A stretch of 64,000 nucleotides of DNA from a virus. The position numbers and the translations under genes were made by a program. The stretch spans positions 32,001-96,000 of the IMG/VR virus record IMGVR_UViG_3300010354_000047; one strand, 5' to 3'. The notes under the pieces are model-generated. The model was not told the DNA's origin. It worked only from the letters and a program-made list of their open reading frames with translations, and made no database searches. Position 1 is the first letter of the stretch; every line of letters begins with the position of its first letter. Below are positions 40,209-47,344 of the stretch, one piece after another.

Positions 40209-40880
40209 ATGAAGCCCCGAAAGTGTGTGAAAGGAAAAGCTTGCTCAGGAGCGTGCGTTGATCCGAATGAGGACTGTAGAAAAACATTTCCTCCCGGGTC
40301 TCAACCAGCTCTAAAGAAAGCAGTTCACATGATTGAACACATTGGCGTCAACGTTCTTTCCTGGAAAGTTGGAAAGACTCTGGGACCGATGGTTTCCGGA
40401 TTTCTAGAGAACTCTTACGGAGTTCCGAGAGAAAGTTCCCAAATGCTTTCTGAAGCTTTGGTTCAGGCTGTGACAGCCGTCGGCCTTAACTACAAGAAAA
40501 TCAAGTCCCCTGAAGACCTTGTTCGAAACCTCTTAATTGAATCCTCAGCAGCAATTCTTGGTAAGAGCGCCCACTCCGGGGCCGAAGAATTTCTGTCTTC
40601 TGCCGAAGGAAAGGAGATGTTAAAGAGTGCTCTTCCCCTTTTAGCTGGAAAGTTTACGGGGATTGGGGTTGCATTTGCGGGCTCCAGATTGCCCAGTCTT
40701 TCTCAGCTTTCCCGAATAGTCGCTGAACGTTCACAAAGCGACATTCAGAAACTTCGTGGCTTTATGAACCCACAGATGTTTAACGCATCGGAGGAGAAAA
40801 CTATTGAGGATATCTCCCAGACACTGACTGATATCTTCATTTTGTCATTACTAAGGTCTTCACGTCTTTTGGGTCAATGA
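40209..40880 (+). CDS. Cys-motif protein with hydrophobic helical payload
   Basis: CVKGKACSGACVDPNEDC N-terminus followed by Gly/Ala-rich helices. Confidence 0.75.
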   Translation: MKPRKCVKGKACSGACVDPNEDCRKTFPPGSQPALKKAVHMIEHIGVNVLSWKVGKTLGPMVSGFLENSYGVPRESSQMLSEALVQAVTAVGLNYKKIKSPEDLVRNLLIESSAAILGKSAHSGAEEFLSSAEGKEMLKSALPLLAGKFTGIGVAFAGSRLPSLSQLSRIVAERSQSDIQKLRGFMNPQMFNASEEKTIEDISQTLTDIFILSLLRSSRLLGQ

Positions 40881-41155
40881 AATTCTTCAATGAGAGGGCC
40901 TTCCTGGTTCGTTCTCTGATCGGCATCTTCGCCGTTCAATTTGTTACCGTGGGTTATCAAACCTTCCTCTGCCAACGCTCTGTGCTCACTGTGAAGGAGT
41001 CCGATCGCGTTTCCCTAATCTGCACGAATGCAGCAAACTCCTACAACGAAACCGGAAAACTGGCTTTGGCCACAATTTTGGCCCTTCTAGTTCCTTCTTC
41101 GAAGCAAGAGTCTCCCGAAAGTAGTGAAAAAGAGGATAATTCGAAGGAAGGGTAA
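40877..41155 (+). CDS. small two-TM membrane protein (holin-like or immunity-like)
   Basis: Hydrophobic segments FLVRSLIGIFAVQFVTVGY and LALATILALLVP. Confidence 0.65.
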   Translation: MKFFNERAFLVRSLIGIFAVQFVTVGYQTFLCQRSVLTVKESDRVSLICTNAANSYNETGKLALATILALLVPSSKQESPESSEKEDNSKEG

Positions 41156-41179
41156 AAGTAACGATATTGTTGACAAGGT

Positions 41180-42166
41180 ATGTACGGAGCCAACTTAGAC
41201 TTTTCGGGTGTTCTACTACCCGGCACTGGCGGTTCTTTGAACGCTGCGACTGCCATCACATCGGATAAACTACAAGAGATGAATCGTTCTGGAAAGAAGT
41301 GGGGAATCGACAAAGAAACCGGTAACCTAACATTTCACAACGAAGCCACACTAAAGGCAAATCAAAAGACAAGAAGCAACCGTGAAAACCTGATCAACAG
41401 AGATCGAGATGCTCATTCCGACGGCCAAGAGGCTATGAAGGAAATCTTTGGTCGAAAGAAGGCTCGTATGGAAGCATTTCGGGAGATTAAGAAAAAAGAG
41501 TACAACTTCGCAGACGACACAGAAATGATGTCGATGCCCCAACCTTTCTCCCACAAAGAGGCCAAGGGTTGCTCAGCATCGTGCAAAGGTCCTGGAAAGT
41601 GCAGTTGTGATTCCTGCAAGAAGTCCCTCTATGACTCTAACTACAGGGAGTGGTCAACTAAGAAGAGAGAGAAGCTTCAAAAAGGTGAAATCAAAGGTGA
41701 ATTTGCCGGAAAAGGAATGTCTTTTCCGATTGCGAGTCCGAAAGATGTGGCCGCTGCGTGGGCTTCTGTGGGAAGGACTGAAAATCCTCAGGAAGTGATG
41801 GCCAACATAATTCGAATCTCAAAGAAGTTCGGCTGGGAGTCCGGCTTACCTCAAACTGTTAGAGACCGTCTGAATGAAGGAAAGTCGGGACTGCCCTCCA
41901 CTAATTTTCGCGAATGGTCTTCGGATAAGCGCAAGAAACTCTCTGAAGGTGACCTCAGAGGGGAGTTCGCTGGCCCAGGAATGTCCTTTCCGATCTCAAG
42001 CGCCGAAGATGTCTCCGCTGCCTGGTCTTCAGTAGGTCGCGCCGCCAATCCAAGAAAAGTGATGGCCGAGATCATTCGCATTGCGAAAAAGTTCGGTTGG
42101 GAGTCCGGTCTCCCCGAGACCGTAAAACAAAGACTTAACGAAGGAAAGTCAGGTCTACCGGAGTAA
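41180..42166 (+). CDS. putative internal head protein with two tandem DUF6582-like repeats
   Basis: REWS..KR.KL..G...GEFAG.GMSFPI.S..DV.AAW.SVGR..NP..VMA.IIRI.KKFGWESGLP occurs twice; GGGTAAA at 41150. Confidence 0.75.
   Translation: MYGANLDFSGVLLPGTGGSLNAATAITSDKLQEMNRSGKKWGIDKETGNLTFHNEATLKANQKTRSNRENLINRDRDAHSDGQEAMKEIFGRKKARMEAFREIKKKEYNFADDTEMMSMPQPFSHKEAKGCSASCKGPGKCSCDSCKKSLYDSNYREWSTKKREKLQKGEIKGEFAGKGMSFPIASPKDVAAAWASVGRTENPQEVMANIIRISKKFGWESGLPQTVRDRLNEGKSGLPSTNFREWSSDKRKKLSEGDLRGEFAGPGMSFPISSAEDVSAAWSSVGRAANPRKVMAEIIRIAKKFGWESGLPETVKQRLNEGKSGLPE
41638..42163 (+). repeat. tandem ~79-codon direct repeat (2 copies) inside CDS
   Basis: Near-identical protein repeats starting NYREWS and NFREWS. 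Confidence 0.85.
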
Positions 42167-42169
42167 GAA

Positions 42170-42541
42170 ATGGGTGTAGAGTGGGTTATTGCCGTATTCG
42201 GCTTGGTTATAAGCGCAGCTGTATCGGCAACTGGTGGAGCTTTCTGGATTCAATTAAAGGGGTCGGAGAGAATCGACAAAATTAAAAGAGCATCCGACGA
42301 CCGCCTCGAAACTATGAGGAAAGCTTCAGACGAAAGAGTTGATCGACTGATTTCAGAAAACAAGTCACAAATGGAGATTCTTCTTTCACATGTTCAGAAA
42401 GTTGAGAACGTTCTAAATGACATGAGAGCTGAGCTTCCCACAAAATACGTCCTTCGAGAGGACTTTCTTCGTCTAGTGGAAAAAGTGGAAGAGCTTCGAA
42501 TCGATTCTTACCGTCCACGGGAACAGAGAAAAGATGCTTGA
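42170..42541 (+). CDS. membrane-anchored coiled-coil protein (holin-like)
   Basis: N-terminal TM helix, coiled coil, ELPTKYVLREDF motif. Confidence 0.65.
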   Translation: MGVEWVIAVFGLVISAAVSATGGAFWIQLKGSERIDKIKRASDDRLETMRKASDERVDRLISENKSQMEILLSHVQKVENVLNDMRAELPTKYVLREDFLRLVEKVEELRIDSYRPREQRKDA

Positions 42542-43046
42542 CTACGATTGGTCTCGACTTCAAAGCCTAGGTTTTGACACAAACTTTATCGAGAAGTCCC
42601 TTCCGGAAACCTATCGAAAAGGACTGACTAAGGAAGAGCAGGAGATTGCGAAAAAGGAAGCAAAAGATACTATGAAGAAGGCGGAAGAGGGAAAGGTTTC
42701 CTCTAAGGAACTCTACGCCGATTGGGAATCCGATAAAAGGTACAGAAAACGAAAGAAGAAGATCCCGCTTTCTCCCGCAACAAAAGCTTTTCACAAAGAC
42801 TTCGCAGAGGCAAAGTCCGGAGTTAGCAAATCTCTTCAAGAAAAGTCCAAGAAGTCTGGTATACCAGTGGGGGTCCTGAGGAAAGTCTTTCAAAGGGGTA
42901 TGGCCGCCTGGCGTTCCGGTCACCGGCCTGGTGTCGCCCCACAACAATGGGCTCACGCTCGCGTAAATTCCTTCATCACAGGAAAGGGAAAGGCTCGACA
43001 GGCTGACGAAGATCTGTGGAAGAAGGCGAAGGGTAAAAGAGCTTAG
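42534..43046 (+). CDS. basic protein with DUF5824-like domain
   Basis: KKSGIPVGVLRKVFQRGMAAWRSGHRPGVAPQQWAHARVNSF. Confidence 0.75.
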   Translation: MLDYDWSRLQSLGFDTNFIEKSLPETYRKGLTKEEQEIAKKEAKDTMKKAEEGKVSSKELYADWESDKRYRKRKKKIPLSPATKAFHKDFAEAKSGVSKSLQEKSKKSGIPVGVLRKVFQRGMAAWRSGHRPGVAPQQWAHARVNSFITGKGKARQADEDLWKKAKGKRA

Positions 43047-43061
43047 TCCGCTTTCAGTAAA

Positions 43062-43982
43062 ATGCCACACTGGGGATCCTTTTCTCCCGACTCCTATGAG
43101 TCTTTTCTGAACAAAGTCGATAATCCTGTCGACTATATGGTTGTAGCGCCTGCACTTGCACCACGGGCCGCTACCAACCCTTCCTCTTTTATGATGGATG
43201 AACAAGAAGATGACGAGGGAGACATGTATGATTGGGAAGATGAAGGTTACGAAGATGAAGAAGACATTGAGCCAAATGCTGGAATGGCTATGAGCCAGTT
43301 GCGGTCAATGGCTGAAGACATCATGTCTATCCTCAGTGAAATGACTCCTTACGATAATCTTGAGCCCTGGGTTGCTGCCAAGATTACAATGAGTAAACAA
43401 AACATTTCCGCCGTCGCTGACTACCTCCGCTTTGGTTCAGACTTCTCCGAAGGGGAATTTGACTTTGCCCGATGTCAAAGACCCGACGGAAGCACCTATG
43501 GTAGCAGAGGAAAATGCAGGAAGGGGAGCGAAGTGTCGGCCGTGACTGAAGAGGAACCGAAACCGAAAACCAAAAAGAAGAAAGATGATCGATCCGCAAG
43601 CCCTGTTCCACCTTTTGAAGATGTGAAAGAGCTCACAGAGAAGGCAAAGGGTTTTACATATGGGAAATCTTGGACAAAAGACCATCAGGAAGTTTGGAAT
43701 CGCATTTTGGCGTCTCCGGACACTAAGACATTAGGATCACTCACAAGAAAACTCAATAAAGAAGTCTTTGATGATAGCGAGTACGACGTTAGTGCCGGTT
43801 TTCTAAAGGGGGCTCTGAAGACAATGAAAGAATGGCTCGAAGCTAACGGGAGGTCCGGAGTTGGTGCAGCGAAGGAAGCTCGAATTGCCGCAATGACGCC
43901 TGAAGAGCGTAAGAGGGCTGCGTCTGCTGAAAGAGTTGAAAGGGGAATAAGGGCAGGGGTTGTAAAGGGGAGAATGATATAA
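43062..43982 (+). CDS. modular protein: leader + MAMSQL..NLEPWVAAKIT domain + RCxRPDG motif + payload
   Basis: DFARCQRPDGSTYGSRGKCRKGSE; GGGTAAA at 43031. Confidence 0.8.
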   Translation: MPHWGSFSPDSYESFLNKVDNPVDYMVVAPALAPRAATNPSSFMMDEQEDDEGDMYDWEDEGYEDEEDIEPNAGMAMSQLRSMAEDIMSILSEMTPYDNLEPWVAAKITMSKQNISAVADYLRFGSDFSEGEFDFARCQRPDGSTYGSRGKCRKGSEVSAVTEEEPKPKTKKKKDDRSASPVPPFEDVKELTEKAKGFTYGKSWTKDHQEVWNRILASPDTKTLGSLTRKLNKEVFDDSEYDVSAGFLKGALKTMKEWLEANGRSGVGAAKEARIAAMTPEERKRAASAERVERGIRAGVVKGRMI

Positions 43983-44080
43983 TGAATCTCTTGAGCAATT
44001 ACGATTGGGGCCTTCACAAGAGTTTAGGGTTTGACCTGACCTTTGTAGAAAATTTGAAGCGGAATCTAAAAGCAAGGTGA
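43982..44080 (+). CDS. 32-aa micro-ORF paralogous to the N-terminus of the 42534 protein
   Basis: MNLLSNYDWGLHKSLGFDLTFVENLKRNLKAR vs MLDYDWSRLQSLGFDTNFIEK; TAATG coupling; fills the intergenic gap. Confidence 0.7.
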   Translation: MNLLSNYDWGLHKSLGFDLTFVENLKRNLKAR

Positions 44081-44083
44081 TTT

Positions 44084-44434
44084 ATGTTCGGTAGCTTTCC
44101 TGAAGACATCCTGAGTCAGTTTCAAAGAGACTACGCAGAGCGCTTTGACAAAGAAGATCTTGAGTGCAACAAACCTCGGTCAACTCCGAGCCACCCTAGC
44201 AGCTCACATATCGTGAAAGCTTGCTACCCTGGGGCTCCTGAAGGAGGTAAACTAATACGCTTTGGTCAACAAGGCGTTAAAGGTTCTCCCAAGAAAGAGG
44301 GAGAATCCGAAGCCTATCGTAAGAGGCGTGAATCCTTTAAGGCGAGACACGCAAAGAATATAGCGAAAGGGAAGTCCTCTGCTGCCTACTGGGCGGACAT
44401 TGTGAAATGGAGCGAACCCGATTTTGAGGGGTAA
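44084..44434 (+). CDS. DUF6321-like basic protein with GSF leader
   Basis: TPSHPSSSHIVKAC..KLIRFGQQGV..RRESFKARHAKNIAKGKSSAAYWA. Confidence 0.8.
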   Translation: MFGSFPEDILSQFQRDYAERFDKEDLECNKPRSTPSHPSSSHIVKACYPGAPEGGKLIRFGQQGVKGSPKKEGESEAYRKRRESFKARHAKNIAKGKSSAAYWADIVKWSEPDFEG

Positions 44435-44458
44435 TTGCTCTTTTATTATTGTGCTAAA

Positions 44459-44908
44459 ATGATCAGAAATTTCAACCTTCCTTGTGTGGACAACCTTCGA
44501 GAGGGAATCGACTACCGACTAGTGGAGTGGGATTTCGCATCCCAGCAACCATCCCGAACTCCTGGGACTCCTTGCCCTCCTGGAGAAAAGGTTGTTTTTG
44601 GAGTTTGTCGCAAGGTCGGTGACTCAGGGGAAAAAGACTTTGACTCCGAAAAGAAAACTTCCCAAGAATCTCAGCTTGAAGAGGAAGCCACACGTCAAGG
44701 TAAGAAAGTTTCTACCAAGGAAGAGGCTACCGCCGCTAACGTAAAAGGCTTTGAGACAGGTGGGAAGAAGTATGGCTGGGCAATTAAAAACGGAAAACCT
44801 GTCATTGTTGAATGGGGTTCCGTAGCAGGTACAAAGAAGAAGGGTAAGGAAAAAACAACTGCCCCTGAAGCACCAGCAGCAGCTACCACAACTCCGGCTC
44901 CTAAGTAA
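44459..44908 (+). CDS. hypothetical modular protein (CPPGEKVVFGVCRK motif)
   Basis: ATG 44459 lies 30 nt after the GGGTAAT variant. Confidence 0.7.
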   Translation: MIRNFNLPCVDNLREGIDYRLVEWDFASQQPSRTPGTPCPPGEKVVFGVCRKVGDSGEKDFDSEKKTSQESQLEEEATRQGKKVSTKEEATAANVKGFETGGKKYGWAIKNGKPVIVEWGSVAGTKKKGKEKTTAPEAPAAATTTPAPK

Positions 44909-44943
44909 TTGAAAGGGTAAATAACTTTATAGACTAAACTTAT

Positions 44944-45789
44944 ATGGACCTTCCCACTAAGATTTCCGCCGATTACTTTCGAGGAACAGTTATGGAACCC
45001 GAACGAGTTTCCCCTTTTCGTTCAAATTACACCGAGTACGAGCGGCTAGGAATGAAGCACGAGGAGCTCTCAAAAAGGATTGAGGCTCTTCAAGATAAGA
45101 TGAAGCTCTCTCGTCAAAACGGCGCCTTCCAAAACCTTCAGATGCAGATGTCTGAGGTGAAACAACTCGTCAAGGATCGAGAGGAAATCGATGCTAAGAT
45201 GTCGACACTTGACTTGGCAAGAAAGAAGGACGACGATTACAGAGCTGCTGCGGGCTACGAAGCATCCTACGGTGAGTGCCTGGAATCTTTTGACTCCCGT
45301 GTCGAAAAGCTCGAAAGTCTTCTAGAAGAGTTCTCTGAGCTCGCTGCGAGCGAAAACTTTGACTTCACTCGTTGCGTTCGCCCCGATGGTTCTGTATATG
45401 GGACAAGAGGAAAGTGCAAGAAAGGTTCTGAAACTAGCGCCCCGGTCAAAGAAGTAAAAGTGTCATCAAAAGCTCTCAGACTTTCTGTAAGGGAGAAGTC
45501 TTCACACCTAAATGAAGTTAGAAAGCAGTTATCAGCTGGTGAAAAGAAGTTCAGGGCGATGGTCAAGGAGGCCAAAAAGAATCCCTCCCCTGAAAAGAAA
45601 GAGGAGCTGAAACTGGCCCAGAAAGCTTTAGCCCAGAAACAAAGAGAGGTTGCCAGAGCAGAAAGAGAAGCAGAGAAAGCCCTAAGACAGTGGAGTTCTG
45701 CTCGCAAAAAAGAAGAAAGAGCGAAGATGAACCCTGCGCAACTGCAGTCTGAAAGAAAGCTAGATAGAATTATTCGGGAACGAGGCTGA
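44944..45789 (+). CDS. coiled-coil + RCxRPDG motif + basic helical payload
   Basis: DFTRCVRPDGSVYGTRGKCKKGSE; GGGTAAA at 44915. Confidence 0.8.
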   Translation: MDLPTKISADYFRGTVMEPERVSPFRSNYTEYERLGMKHEELSKRIEALQDKMKLSRQNGAFQNLQMQMSEVKQLVKDREEIDAKMSTLDLARKKDDDYRAAAGYEASYGECLESFDSRVEKLESLLEEFSELAASENFDFTRCVRPDGSVYGTRGKCKKGSETSAPVKEVKVSSKALRLSVREKSSHLNEVRKQLSAGEKKFRAMVKEAKKNPSPEKKEELKLAQKALAQKQREVARAEREAEKALRQWSSARKKEERAKMNPAQLQSERKLDRIIRERG

Positions 45790-45795
45790 CCTGAA

Positions 45796-47121
45796 ATGGC
45801 ACGTTGTAACAAAGGAAAAAGTTGCAAGGGTACGTGCATCCAGAGAAGCGATAATTGCTTGGCCCCACTTGGAAAAAACCTCTCCAAACAACTAGATGTG
45901 GCCTCAGAAAAGATGGAGGGCCTCGGAGATATCTTTCTTCGAAAAATTGTTACTCCCGGAAAGCCCCCCTCACCTCCTGCCCCCCTTGTAAACAAAGAAA
46001 CCAACAAGCAAGTTCAAAAACTTGTAGACCAACTCGGACTCGGCCCTCTGACCGTTAAAGAAGTTGGCAATAGTTTCGAAGTCTACAAGAGAGAAGCTCT
46101 GAGGCAGCTTAAGGAACTGGAGAATAAACCAAATAAGACGAGCGCAGATAGAACAAAAGAAAACCAAATTCGAGATGCTTTGCTAGCGGTTTGGGAGAAT
46201 AAGACCAATGTTAGCCGCGGAATGTTAATCGATCGCCTGGACGCCCTAGACTTCGATAACACATTTAAGCCAAACTATAAGACAGGAAAGTACGACTGGG
46301 ACAGTTCCTACGCCTCCGGTTCAAGACACCTTGGTTCAGGTGGCTTCGCGAGTGTAGTGGCTTCTAAAGAGCCTCCCCCGGTTGTAGTTAAGAGAGGGGA
46401 AGTCAGCGAAAATGAAATTCAGATCTTGAAAAAACTGAAAGGCAAGGATCTATCCCCTGAGCTAATAGCTGCGGAGATGGACACAAAGTCGGGGATAGAG
46501 AGTAAAGAAGCGGACATTGATTTTTACTCGGGTCGAATCGCCATGTCCCGCGTCTCCGGGAAAGCTGCAGAGGAATTCAATACGTACAACGACCGTGTTG
46601 GTGGCACAACTGTCGGGGACTCTTACTGGGCTCTTCGCCGTCGACTCCATAGCAATGGGGTAGCCCACAACGATGCGCACATCGGAAACGTTCTGATCGA
46701 CGATTCCGGAAAGTCTCGCTTTGTAGATTTCGGGATTTCCCAGGACGACCCCCGCGCTGCCCTCTCTGAAGCCATTGGAGTCTATGCGAATCGCAGATTT
46801 CTTCCCGCAGGTTCTGTAACAAAGTCCCCCGTAGATAGACAGTCGGGTGACTGGCAAGGAAGACGCTTCGACCAGTTCACCGAGCCTTTATCTAAGGCGA
46901 CGGAACCTAGCAATAAATCTAACTATGCCAGAGTAATCCAGAATCGGACAAAGGTTTACCAGGCCCTAAAAGAGCTAGGTTTATCTAACGACGATATAGC
47001 GGAAGTTGTGATCCACGGTATCAGGAGACCCCTTAGCTCTTTCAATAGTGGACCCTGGGGAAAGATTAGTAAAGAAGAAGCCATGAAGTTGATTCAGCTC
47101 GTTTACCAAGGTGTGGAATAA
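45796..47121 (+). CDS. Cys-motif + protein kinase-like domain
   Basis: CNKGKSCKGTCIQRSDNC; LGSGGFASV, VVVK, HNDAHIGNVL, VDFG. Confidence 0.85.
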   Translation: MARCNKGKSCKGTCIQRSDNCLAPLGKNLSKQLDVASEKMEGLGDIFLRKIVTPGKPPSPPAPLVNKETNKQVQKLVDQLGLGPLTVKEVGNSFEVYKREALRQLKELENKPNKTSADRTKENQIRDALLAVWENKTNVSRGMLIDRLDALDFDNTFKPNYKTGKYDWDSSYASGSRHLGSGGFASVVASKEPPPVVVKRGEVSENEIQILKKLKGKDLSPELIAAEMDTKSGIESKEADIDFYSGRIAMSRVSGKAAEEFNTYNDRVGGTTVGDSYWALRRRLHSNGVAHNDAHIGNVLIDDSGKSRFVDFGISQDDPRAALSEAIGVYANRRFLPAGSVTKSPVDRQSGDWQGRRFDQFTEPLSKATEPSNKSNYARVIQNRTKVYQALKELGLSNDDIAEVVIHGIRRPLSSFNSGPWGKISKEEAMKLIQLVYQGVE

Positions 47122-47291
47122 TGTCAAAAGAAAACGACCAGAAGTATCTAGACTTGATGTCCCTGTACAAAAAGCTTCGGAGAAGCCCAAAAACAGACGC
47201 CCAGTCCCAAAAAGTCCTTGACAAAGCACTGAAATTCTCTAAGGATAACGCCATTAGCCCCGAAGCTCTAGAAGCTGCTAGATACTTTTAA
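47121..47291 (+). CDS. 56-aa protein coupled to the kinase gene (not in ORF track)
   Basis: TAATG overlap; MSKENDQKYLDLMSLYKKLRR...EALEAARYF. Confidence 0.7.
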   Translation: MSKENDQKYLDLMSLYKKLRRSPKTDAQSQKVLDKALKFSKDNAISPEALEAARYF

Positions 47292-47293
47292 GC

Positions 47294-47300
47294 GGGTAAA
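47294..47300 (+). promoter_or_regulatory. putative late promoter GGGTAAA upstream of the tail-fibre block
   Basis: Intergenic copy of the motif. Confidence 0.6.
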
Positions 47301-47344
47301 GTAAGGAGTGCCTCTGCACAACCTTCTCTTTCGCTCTTTAGCAA

